A DNA stretch of 11,350 nt, taken from Candidatus Eiseniibacteriota bacterium. Lineage in GTDB: Bacteria; Eisenbacteria; RBG-16-71-46. The notes beneath the pieces are model-generated. The model searched no databases. It saw only the letters and a list, made by a program, of their open reading frames with translations, and had not been told where the DNA came from. Position 1 is the stretch's first letter, and every line of letters begins with the position of its first letter. Location of the stretch: the NCBI GenBank assembly GCA_031370785.1, contig JANMQY010000064.1:1-11350 (forward strand), written 5' to 3'. Both the position numbers and the translations under genes were made by a program. Below are positions 1-7,642 of the stretch, piece by piece.

Positions 1-1
1 C

Positions 2-1021
2 GGGCCAGGTTTCACCGCCCACGCGGGCAATCCGCTGGGCGCACGGATCGAAGTGAGGATGACCGATCGGGCGCTACAGGCCAGCCTTTCCGCGCTGGAG
101 AACTCCCTGTTGATCGCGGCGCTCCCCATCGTCGCCATCAGTCTTCTGATCGGTCGCACCATTGTGACGCGCGCGCTGCGCCCGCTGTCCACCATGGCCG
201 AGCGCGCCGCGGGGCTGGCGGTCGAACAGAAGCCTCGTTCGTTGGGCGAGCGTTCGGGGCTGATCGAGGTGGACCGGCTGGCCGCGTCGTTCGACCGATT
301 GCTCGAGCGGCTCGATGACGCCATGAGCTCGGAACGGCGGCTCACCGCCGACGCCTCGCACCAGCTGCGCACACCGCTCACGGTGATGAGCGGCGAACTG
401 GAGATGCTGGCCGAGCGTACGCCTCCCGATTCTCCCGCGGCGGATGCGGTGCGGCGGTGCACCCAGCAGGTGGGCGCAATGCGCGAACTCGTCGAGGCAA
501 TCCTGCTGCTGCACCGTTCGGGCGAGACTGGCCCGAACCAGAACAGTGCCTTCGAGCTGCTGAACCTGAGCGACATGGCGCGCGAGATCCTGGCCGAAGT
601 GGCGCCACAGTACCCCGGACGCCAGGCCGATGTTCGTCTGATCGCCCCCGACGAAGTGCTCGTGAGAGGCCACGGAGCTCTGCTCGCGAGCGCGCTGCGT
701 AATCTGCTGGACAACGCGCTCAAGTTCACGCGCGCCGGCAACCGGGTCGAAGTGCGAGTGTCGGAGGAAGGCGGCCACGCGCGGCTCGCCGTGGATGATC
801 AGGGCGAAGGCGTGCCCGAAGCCGAGCGCGAGCGCATCTTCGATCCGTTTTTCAGAGGGACCGGTGGGAGTGGCACCCACAGTGGATTCGGCCTCGGGTT
901 GCCAATCCTGCGCCGCGTGGCTCGCGCGCACGGGGGCGACGTGGAGATGTCGCGCTCGGAGCTCGGCGGGTCGCGGTTCGTGCTGGTGCTCCCGACACCC
1001 CCAGGGCCCGTGGCAGGCTGA
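2..1021 (+). CDS. Two-component sensor histidine kinase (TM-HAMP-HisKA-HATPase_c), 5'-truncated by the window edge
   Basis: The frame is open from base 2 (GPGFTAHAGNPLGARIEVRM...), so the start at 53 is probably not the real one. TM helix LLIAALPIVAISLLIG, HAMP (RALRPL...EVDRLAASFDRLLERL), H-box ADASHQLRTPLT, N-box LRNLLDNALKF, G1 DDQGEG, F-box IFDPFFR, G2 GFGLGL. Stop TGA at 1019-1021. Confidence 0.95.
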   Translation, partial: GPGFTAHAGNPLGARIEVRMTDRALQASLSALENSLLIAALPIVAISLLIGRTIVTRALRPLSTMAERAAGLAVEQKPRSLGERSGLIEVDRLAASFDRLLERLDDAMSSERRLTADASHQLRTPLTVMSGELEMLAERTPPDSPAADAVRRCTQQVGAMRELVEAILLLHRSGETGPNQNSAFELLNLSDMAREILAEVAPQYPGRQADVRLIAPDEVLVRGHGALLASALRNLLDNALKFTRAGNRVEVRVSEEGGHARLAVDDQGEGVPEAERERIFDPFFRGTGGSGTHSGFGLGLPILRRVARAHGGDVEMSRSELGGSRFVLVLPTPPGPVAG

Positions 1022-1036
1022 TCATTTCCAATCCTC

Positions 1037-1063
1037 GGTAACCTTTCCTTCGCCCCGGGCGTA
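1037..1063 (+). promoter_or_regulatory. Putative ECF sigma factor promoter for the efflux operon
   Basis: GGTAAC (1037-1042), then a CTTT-led 17-nt spacer, then CGTA (1060-1063). This fits the general ECF pattern AAC-N16/17-CGT and lies about 65 nt upstream of ATG 1129. Confidence 0.55.
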
Positions 1064-1128
1064 CTCTGATCGGGCGCATGGAAATACGCGGGGAGTCCGG
1101 ACCCACCTGATCGTGGAGAAGCGGGACG

Positions 1129-2394
1129 ATGAAACGAAAAGTTCTTTGGGCGGGCGTGGTGCTCGTGGTCGTGGTGGGCGTGGCAGGGGTCATTGCCGCG
1201 CGGGGACGCGAGGGCAAGGGACTCGAGGTCCAGACCGCCAGGGTGAGCCGGCAGGAGATCGTCCAGAAGGTCAACGCCACCGGCAAGATCCAGCCGAAGA
1301 CCCAGATCAAGATCAGCGCCGACGTGAGCGCGAAGATCAAGAAGCTCGGCGTCGTCGAGGGGCAGTGGGTCGAGAAGGGCGCGTTCCTGGTGGGGCTGGA
1401 CCGCGAGCGCTATCTCGCGGCCGTCGAAAGCGCCGAGGCGAACGTGCGATCCGCGCAGGCGAATGCCACTCTCGCCCGCCAGAACATGGACCAGGCGCAG
1501 AAGGAGTTCGCGCGGTCGAAGGAGCTGCTCGCGAGGGAACTGGCGTCGCAGTCGGAGTTCGACGCCAGGCAGACCGCCTGGCAGGTCGAGGAAGCGCGCC
1601 ACAAGTCCGCGATCGAACAGGTGGAGCAGGCGCGCGCCTCGCTCAAGCAGGCGCGGGACGACCTGTCCAAGACCACGATCTACGCGCCAATGTCAGGGAC
1701 CGTGAGCGAGCTGAACAAGGAGGTGGGCGAGATCGCCCTCGGTTCTCAGTTCCAGGCGGATGTCATCCTGGTGATTGCCGACCTCACCGAGATGGAAGCG
1801 CAGGTCAACGTCGACGAGAACGACATCGTCTCCATCCGCACCGGCCAGGCTGCCGAGATCCAGACCGACGCGCTGCTCGCTCAGCCGCTCAAGGGCACGG
1901 TGTCTGAGATCAGCAGCAGCGCCAACACCGCGGCCTCGGGCACGACCGAGCAGAAGACCGAATTCGAGATCAAGATCGGGATCACGAATCCGCCCAAGAC
2001 GCTGCGCCCGGGCATGACGACCAGCGCGGACATCGTGACGAATACGAACCCACGCGCGCTGAGCGTGCCGCTCCAGAGCGTCGCTCTGCGGACCGTCGAT
2101 CAGCTGGTCATGAAGGGCGAGAAACGCAAGGACGCCGAGGCGCGCTTCAAGCCCGATCGGGACGGTTTCGTCGAGGTCGTGTTCGTTATCGAGAACGGCA
2201 AGGCCGTCGCCCGGCAGGTCAAGAGCGGCATCCAGAGCGACGAGCTGATCGAGATCCAGGACGGTCTCAAGGAGGGAGAAGCGATCGTCACCGGGAGTTA
2301 CCGCGCAATCTCGAAAGACCTCGAGAACGGTGCGGTGGTGAGGATCAACAACGAGAAGAAGCCCGTGAAGGCCGACGAACACGGGACGGGATAG
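1129..2394 (+). CDS. Periplasmic adaptor / membrane fusion protein (MacA/HlyD-like)
   Basis: N-terminal basic and hydrophobic anchor (MKRKVLWAGVVLVVVVGVAGVIAA), lipoyl half-motifs (ISADVSAKIKKLGVVEGQWVEKG; IYAPMSGTV) flanking a coiled-coil hairpin, VDENDI, LRPGMT, C-terminal GLKEGEAIVTG. GGAG upstream. Confidence 0.95.
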   Translation: MKRKVLWAGVVLVVVVGVAGVIAARGREGKGLEVQTARVSRQEIVQKVNATGKIQPKTQIKISADVSAKIKKLGVVEGQWVEKGAFLVGLDRERYLAAVESAEANVRSAQANATLARQNMDQAQKEFARSKELLARELASQSEFDARQTAWQVEEARHKSAIEQVEQARASLKQARDDLSKTTIYAPMSGTVSELNKEVGEIALGSQFQADVILVIADLTEMEAQVNVDENDIVSIRTGQAAEIQTDALLAQPLKGTVSEISSSANTAASGTTEQKTEFEIKIGITNPPKTLRPGMTTSADIVTNTNPRALSVPLQSVALRTVDQLVMKGEKRKDAEARFKPDRDGFVEVVFVIENGKAVARQVKSGIQSDELIEIQDGLKEGEAIVTGSYRAISKDLENGAVVRINNEKKPVKADEHGTG

Positions 2395-2416
2395 GAACGC
2401 GAGCGGGATGTGATCG

Positions 2417-3646
2417 ATGCTGATGCTCGATGAGTCGCTGTGGATCGCCCTTCGCGCGCTCGCGGCCAACAAGGTCCGGGGCGCGCTGACGACGCTCGGG
2501 ATCATCATCGGCATCGTCGCGGTCGTGACCACGATGACCGCGGTGAATGGGCTGCAGAACCGGTTCCGCGAGAGCTTCTCCGCGGTGGGCTCGGACGTGA
2601 TCTACGTGTCGCGCATGCCCTGGGTCGTCATGAACGACTTCTTCCTCTACCGCAATCGTCCAGGCCTGGACCTGCGCGAAGCCCGCGTCCTCGAGATCCG
2701 GCTGCGCGGCAAGGCGCTGGTGAATCCCACGCTGGACGCCCGGGCGGACGTGAAGCGCGGGTCCGAGACGATGGAAGGCGTGACGATCATCGGTACCACC
2801 GAGAAGCAGTTGCAGCTGTCCTCTGCCCAGCCGCAGAGCGGGCGGTTCCTGATGCCGAATGACCTGACGTCCAAGAAGAGCGTGTGCGTGATCGGAAGCG
2901 ACATCCGCGACAAGCTCTTCAAAGGTTTGGACCCGATCCACCGGACCCTCAAGCTCGGCCGCAACGAGTTCCGGGTCATCGGCGTCATGGAGAAGCTGGG
3001 CGGCAGCTTCCTCGGCGGCCCGAACTTCGACCGGCAGGTGTTCATTCCGATCACGTCGTACGTGCGGACCTTTGGCGGACGGCGGGGCCACGTGGACGTC
3101 AACATTGCAGTCAAAGCGCCCTCACAGGAAGCGATGGCGGATCTCGAGTACATGGTGATCGGGGAGATGCGAAAGGTCCGCGGACTGCGGCCGGCCGAGC
3201 CCGACAACTTCTCGATCAACAGACTCGACACCCTCGTCGGAACCTTCAACAACGTCATGGGGGTCGTACTGCTGGTCGGTCTGCTGGTCACGAGCATTTC
3301 GCTGTTCGTCGGCGCGGTGGGCGTCATGAACATCATGCTCGTATCCGTCACCGAGCGAACCCGCGAGATCGGCATCCGCAAGGCGATCGGCGCGACGAGG
3401 CGCAGCATCCTGCTGCAGTTCCTCTTCGAGTCGTCCGCCATCTGCCTGCTCGGTGGATCGATCGGCATCGCCCTCGCCGCGATCGTGACCGCGGTCCTCA
3501 ACGCCATGGTGATGCCGGCGAGCCTGTCGCTCCCGATCCTCGGCATTGCGGTCCTGGTTTCGATCCTCGTCGGCGTGGTCGCCGGTATGGCGCCCGCGTT
3601 CCGCGGAGCCCGCCTCGATCCCATCGAAGCGCTTCGGTACGAGTGA
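2417..3646 (+). CDS. MacB/FtsX-family ABC transporter permease (permease only, no NBD)
   Basis: NKVRGALTTLGIIIGIVAVV, large periplasmic domain (GRFL...VCVIG...FRVIGV), GAVGVMNIMLVSVTERTREIGIRKAIGA, C-terminal LDPIEALRYE. Alternative start ATG at 2423. Confidence 0.95.
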   Translation: MLMLDESLWIALRALAANKVRGALTTLGIIIGIVAVVTTMTAVNGLQNRFRESFSAVGSDVIYVSRMPWVVMNDFFLYRNRPGLDLREARVLEIRLRGKALVNPTLDARADVKRGSETMEGVTIIGTTEKQLQLSSAQPQSGRFLMPNDLTSKKSVCVIGSDIRDKLFKGLDPIHRTLKLGRNEFRVIGVMEKLGGSFLGGPNFDRQVFIPITSYVRTFGGRRGHVDVNIAVKAPSQEAMADLEYMVIGEMRKVRGLRPAEPDNFSINRLDTLVGTFNNVMGVVLLVGLLVTSISLFVGAVGVMNIMLVSVTERTREIGIRKAIGATRRSILLQFLFESSAICLLGGSIGIALAAIVTAVLNAMVMPASLSLPILGIAVLVSILVGVVAGMAPAFRGARLDPIEALRYE

Positions 3647-3664
3647 GACGGGGAGAACGACACC

Positions 3665-4912
3665 GTGAACCCGCGTGACGTGCTGGCGATGTCGCTCAGC
3701 GCCCTCCTGGCCAACAAGCTCCGCAGCATGCTGACGCTGGTGGGCATCGTCGCCGGGGTCGCTTCGATCATCGCGGTGATGACGGCCATCGCGCTGGTCC
3801 AGGCCACGATCGAACACGAGATGAGCGTGCTCGGCGCGCAGACCTTCCAGGTCCAGAAGTGGCCGGCCGGCGGCTTCGCGTCGGACGCGGAGCGGCGGCG
3901 CGCGATGCGCCGGCCGCCGCTCACGCTTGCGAACGCCGACGCCATCCGCGGGCAGGTGCCCTCGGTGGACCTGGTGGGCTCCGAGATCTGGGACTTCAGC
4001 TTCGTGGTGCAGTACCGCGGTGAAACCACCAACCCCAACATCGCGATCGTGGGTGGCACGCCCGAGTACGCCCCGAACAACACGCACTACGTCGGGCTCG
4101 GTCGGAACCTCTCGCCCATGGATGTGCGGGGTGCCGCGACGGTGGTGGTCATCGGACATGCGATCGCGGCGAAACTGTTCCCCTTCGTGGACCCGATCGG
4201 GCGCGAGATTCTCGTGGACCATCGCAAGTACCGGGTGGTCGGGGTGTTCGACGAGAAGAAGTCGGCGTTCGGCGGGAACTTTGACAACTACGTGCTCATG
4301 CCGGTCACGACCTTCCTGAACGTTTACGGACTCACCAACCGCGAAGGCGACGCGCGCTCGGTCAACATCACGGTTCGGGCGAAGACTCCTGAATTGATGA
4401 ATGAGGCGATCGACCAGACGCGCCAGGTCCTGCGCGCCCAGCGCGGCGTCAAGCCGGGCGAAGAGGACAACTTCGACTTCTACAACAGCGCCAGTCTGAT
4501 CACCCAGTTCAACAAGATGAGCATGGGGGTGAAGCTCGCAGGCTTCGTCATCGGCATCATCGCGCTGGTCGTGGCGGGGATCGGAATCATGAACATCATG
4601 CTCGTCGCCGTGACGGAGCGGACCCGCGAGATCGGCCTGCGCAAGGCGCTCGGCGCGCGCCCCGCGAGCATCCGGACGCAATTCCTGCTCGAGGCGGTCG
4701 TGCTCTGCAATATCGGCGGCGTCGTCGGGGTGCTGGTCGGCTTCGCGCTCGGCAATCTCGTCGCCGTCTTCACGCACTTTCAGCCACGCGTCCCACTCGA
4801 GTGGGCGGTCATCGGGCTCGCGTTCTGCTCGACCGTCGGCATCGCGTTCGGCATGCTGCCCGCGATCCGGGCTTCGAAGCTCGATCCGATCGAGGCCCTG
4901 CGCTACGAGTAG
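3665..4912 (+). CDS. Second MacB/FtsX-family ABC transporter permease (permease only)
   Basis: GTG start with GGGGAG upstream. NKLRSMLTLVGIVAGVASII, GIGIMNIMLVAVTERTREIGLRKALGA, C-terminal LDPIEALRYE. Paralogous to the preceding gene. Confidence 0.95.
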   Translation: MNPRDVLAMSLSALLANKLRSMLTLVGIVAGVASIIAVMTAIALVQATIEHEMSVLGAQTFQVQKWPAGGFASDAERRRAMRRPPLTLANADAIRGQVPSVDLVGSEIWDFSFVVQYRGETTNPNIAIVGGTPEYAPNNTHYVGLGRNLSPMDVRGAATVVVIGHAIAAKLFPFVDPIGREILVDHRKYRVVGVFDEKKSAFGGNFDNYVLMPVTTFLNVYGLTNREGDARSVNITVRAKTPELMNEAIDQTRQVLRAQRGVKPGEEDNFDFYNSASLITQFNKMSMGVKLAGFVIGIIALVVAGIGIMNIMLVAVTERTREIGLRKALGARPASIRTQFLLEAVVLCNIGGVVGVLVGFALGNLVAVFTHFQPRVPLEWAVIGLAFCSTVGIAFGMLPAIRASKLDPIEALRYE

Positions 4913-4945
4913 AACCCGCCGGCTCCGATCGTACGAGCGACACGA

Positions 4946-4971
4946 CGAGCCCGGGCTCCGGCCCGGGCTCG
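4946..4971. terminator. Perfect 11-bp stem-loop between convergent genes (probable terminator or 3' stabilising hairpin)
   Basis: CGAGCCCGGGC-TCCG-GCCCGGGCTCG, with a c(UCCG)g UNCG tetraloop on the + strand. No U-tract on either side, so terminator function is uncertain. Confidence 0.55.
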
Positions 4972-5008
4972 CGGGATTCTCGGCCTTCGAACCTCTCCGA
5001 GGGCCCTG

Positions 5009-5860
5009 CTAGTCGATTGGCTCCGACGTGAGCTGGGGCTCGTTCTTGAGAGGCCCGACGCCCTGCCGGCCGGGGTGATCGGGCACTGTCACGATCACCT
5101 CAGAGATGTTGTTCTCGTAATTCGACTCCGGCAGCTGGTGGCACACGCCCGGATGAAGCGGGTCGGCATTGCGACAGGGCTCGCCCCCGGCCGGCACGAA
5201 CCCGGGGTTGACGGTAATCCTCAGGATGTAGTCACCGGGAGGGACGACTGGCTGGCCGTCGCCGCCGTCGAGGACGAAGTACTGCCCACCGAGCTTCCAA
5301 ATGTAGGTGTCCGCCCATCCGCGGCTGATGCCCTGGTTGCCGGGCACGCCGGGCGCACCGCAGGAGAGGAAGAAGCGGTCGATGCTCGCCGGGCCAGCGT
5401 AGGCCTGATACTTCTCATAGTCGATCATGCAGAAGCCGCGCTTGGCGGCGCGCCACACATATCCGGTCCTCGAATCGATGAGCTCGTAGAGCGCGTAGTG
5501 ACGGAAGTGAAAATGCTCGTGGCAGCTGGCGAACTCGTACAGCCCGTCATTGGCGGCAATGTGTGCGTTGGGATCGCCAAGGTTCAGGTCGCCATCACCG
5601 ATGTTCGGCGTCGAGACCGTAAAGCGCAGCACCGTGTGCGTGCCCGGCGTGACCGCGCCTTCGATCACGCTGCAGAAGGTGGACGGGAAGTCTTCGACGC
5701 GCGTCACCCAATGCTGGCGCAGAGATCCCTGATCAACGATCAGGTCGGGGGTTCCGCCGCCGCCGCCGGGCGACTTGGCCAGCGCCGCAATGGGCAGCGC
5801 GAGCCCTGCGGCAAGCAAGACGCACAGGACGGACGAAATCCTCTCAGGGGACGATCTCAT
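5009..5860 (-). CDS. Secreted lysyl oxidase (LOX) family copper amine oxidase
   Basis: Sec-type signal peptide (..LPIAALA|KS), then colinear LOX blocks: PDLIVD, VLRF...NIG.GDL, YEFASCHEHFH (cf. WEWHSCHQHYH), AKRGFCMID (cf. HKASFCLED), QGISRGWADTY (cf. QGLSPGCYDTY), PGDYILRITVNP, PESNYENN (cf. PESDYTNN). Strong SD AGGAGGT upstream. Confidence 0.93.
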   Translation of the reverse strand: MRSSPERISSVLCVLLAAGLALPIAALAKSPGGGGGTPDLIVDQGSLRQHWVTRVEDFPSTFCSVIEGAVTPGTHTVLRFTVSTPNIGDGDLNLGDPNAHIAANDGLYEFASCHEHFHFRHYALYELIDSRTGYVWRAAKRGFCMIDYEKYQAYAGPASIDRFFLSCGAPGVPGNQGISRGWADTYIWKLGGQYFVLDGGDGQPVVPPGDYILRITVNPGFVPAGGEPCRNADPLHPGVCHQLPESNYENNISEVIVTVPDHPGRQGVGPLKNEPQLTSEPID

Positions 5861-5867
5861 GGCAGTA

Positions 5868-5874
5868 ACCTCCT
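5868..5874 (-). promoter_or_regulatory. Shine-Dalgarno site of the LOX gene
   Basis: The minus strand reads AGGAGGT, 7 nt before the ATG at 5860. Confidence 0.85.
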
Positions 5875-5960
5875 GGGGTGCGAGGGGGTCGCACTCGGAT
5901 GGTCCCCGGAGCGAGTGGGAGGATCCTCGACGACGCCCCGCGGATGGTGCGACCGCGAGA

Positions 5961-5990
5961 AGACTAGCGCCGGGACTCGAGTAGGCTCAA
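5961..5990 (-). promoter_or_regulatory. Putative sigma70-type promoter for the LOX gene
   Basis: Minus strand TTGAGC (5990-5985), N18, TAGTCT (5966-5961, TAnnnT). Would place the transcription start near 5954. Confidence 0.4.
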
Positions 5991-6217
5991 GCATGAACCG
6001 CAAGAGCCGGCCGCACTCAGTCGCCGGCTGGACCCGTGCGTCCGTGGTCCGCAGCTTCGCCCCAGCCCCTCTTCGACCTTGTCGGCGTCGAAGGCCTCTC
6101 CAGCGCGTAGGATGCCGAACATGGGAGCGATATCTGGCGTCAGGCATTTCGCGACGGGCAGCCCCTTGGCACCCCCTCCTTGATCGACGGGCGCGCCCGG
6201 TCGACTATGCGGTGCTC

Positions 6218-7642
6218 ATGGCACAACCAGCCCCCGAGCACCCGCTGGCACGCATCCTGGTCGTCGACGACGAGGCGAGAAACCGTGATCTCCTCGACCG
6301 GTGGCTCACCCGCGAGGGCTTCCAGGTGACGCTCGCCACAAGTGGCGAGGAGGCGCTGCTGCAGATCGGGGGCAACAATTTCGATCTGGTTCTGCTCGAC
6401 ATCATGATGCCGGGCGGCCAGAGCGGCCTCGACGTCCTGGCGGTGATCCGCGAGCGCCATGGCGCCGCCGAACTGCCGGTGATCATGATCACCGCGCTCT
6501 CCGACAGCGCGACCACGGTACGCGCGCTCGAGAGCGGTGCCAACGATTACGTGACCAAGCCCATCGATCTTCCGATCGTGCTCGCGCGCATCCAGGCCCA
6601 GCTCCGCGCGCGCGAGTCTCGCAATCCGACCGATGCGCCCGCCGCCGCCCTGGTCGTCGCGGCCTCGCCGTCGCCGCCGGTTCGCGCGCTCCACGAGGTG
6701 CTCGACGAACGCATGCGCGCCGGGTTCGGCGAGGGCTTCGCGGGCATCGAGGCGCTGACCGGGCAGGTACTCGCCGCGCGCTATCGGCTCGAATCGATGG
6801 TCGGCAGGGGGGCCTTCGGTGCTGTGTTCCGGGCGACCCAGCTCGGCTTGCAGCGCCAGGTGGCGGTCAAAGTGCTGATGTTGAATCTGAGCTCGACCGC
6901 AGAACACATCAGCCGCTTCCAGCGCGAGGCCGTGCTCACCTGCCGCATCCGCCACCCCAACGCGGTCGAAGTGATGGACGTCGATGTCACTCCGGGCGGC
7001 CATCCGTATCTGGTGATGGAGCTGCTCGAGGGCCGGACCCTCGCTGACGAGCTCAAGGAGCGCGGACGCCTGCCGCTCGCGCGCTGTCTCGAGATCCTGG
7101 CCCCGGTCGCCGACGTGCTGGCGGAGTCACACGCGATGGGATTGGTTCACCGCGACCTGAAGCCGGCGAACATCTTCATCCATCGCGGCAAGCTGGGCGA
7201 GGTGGTCAAGGTGGTCGACTTCGGGCTGGCCAAGCTGGTGGGAGACGCTGCGGAGCCCGACGGCGAGCAACTGACCCACGATGGACGGATCTGCGGCACG
7301 CCTTCGTTCATGGCCCCCGAACGGTGGGATGAGCAGCCCTACGACGGCAGCTCGGACGTCTACAGTCTCGGCATCACCCTCTACATCATGCTTGCGGGGC
7401 GCCTTCCCTTCGAAGGAGCGCGCGACTTTGTGGGCATGGCGATGCAGCATCTCAAGGACGCGCCGACGCCGCTCAGCGAGTTGTGTCCGGAGCTTCCGCC
7501 GGGGATCACGTCGCTGGTCGAGCGATGTCTCGCGAAGCGGCCGGAGGACCGGCCGGCCGCGGCCGATCTGCCGCGCGCGTTCGCATCCGCGGCGGGTCTC
7601 GACCTAGACCTGAGACCGTATCGCAATCTCGGAACGCCATAA
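6218..7642 (+). CDS. Response-regulator receiver domain fused to a Hanks-type Ser/Thr protein kinase (cytoplasmic, about 474 aa)
   Basis: REC: ILVVDD, LLDIMMP (phospho-Asp), MITA, YVTKP. Kinase: GRGAFGAV, VAVKVL, RFQREA, HRDLKPAN, DFGLAK, GTPSFMAPE, SDVYSLG, CLAKRPEDRP. No TM segment. The start is inferred at ATG 6218 (or GTG 6212); the ORF-track extension to 5075 is largely antisense to the LOX gene. Confidence 0.93.
   Translation: MAQPAPEHPLARILVVDDEARNRDLLDRWLTREGFQVTLATSGEEALLQIGGNNFDLVLLDIMMPGGQSGLDVLAVIRERHGAAELPVIMITALSDSATTVRALESGANDYVTKPIDLPIVLARIQAQLRARESRNPTDAPAAALVVAASPSPPVRALHEVLDERMRAGFGEGFAGIEALTGQVLAARYRLESMVGRGAFGAVFRATQLGLQRQVAVKVLMLNLSSTAEHISRFQREAVLTCRIRHPNAVEVMDVDVTPGGHPYLVMELLEGRTLADELKERGRLPLARCLEILAPVADVLAESHAMGLVHRDLKPANIFIHRGKLGEVVKVVDFGLAKLVGDAAEPDGEQLTHDGRICGTPSFMAPERWDEQPYDGSSDVYSLGITLYIMLAGRLPFEGARDFVGMAMQHLKDAPTPLSELCPELPPGITSLVERCLAKRPEDRPAAADLPRAFASAAGLDLDLRPYRNLGTP

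Noticed and set aside
2345..4777. Long antisense ORFs (2345..3091, 2647..4083, 3122..4777) and similar alternative-frame ORFs elsewhere
   Set aside because: Typical stop-poor shadows of high-GC genes with no motifs, fully overlapping well-supported CDSs.
6167..6183. Sigma54-like TGGCAC element
   Set aside because: The required TTGC at the fixed 5-nt spacing is absent.
5075..6217. N-terminal 381 aa of the 855-aa ORF 5075..7642
   Set aside because: It runs antisense to the LOX gene and across the divergent intergenic region with no recognisable domain. The real protein starts at the REC domain (about 6218).
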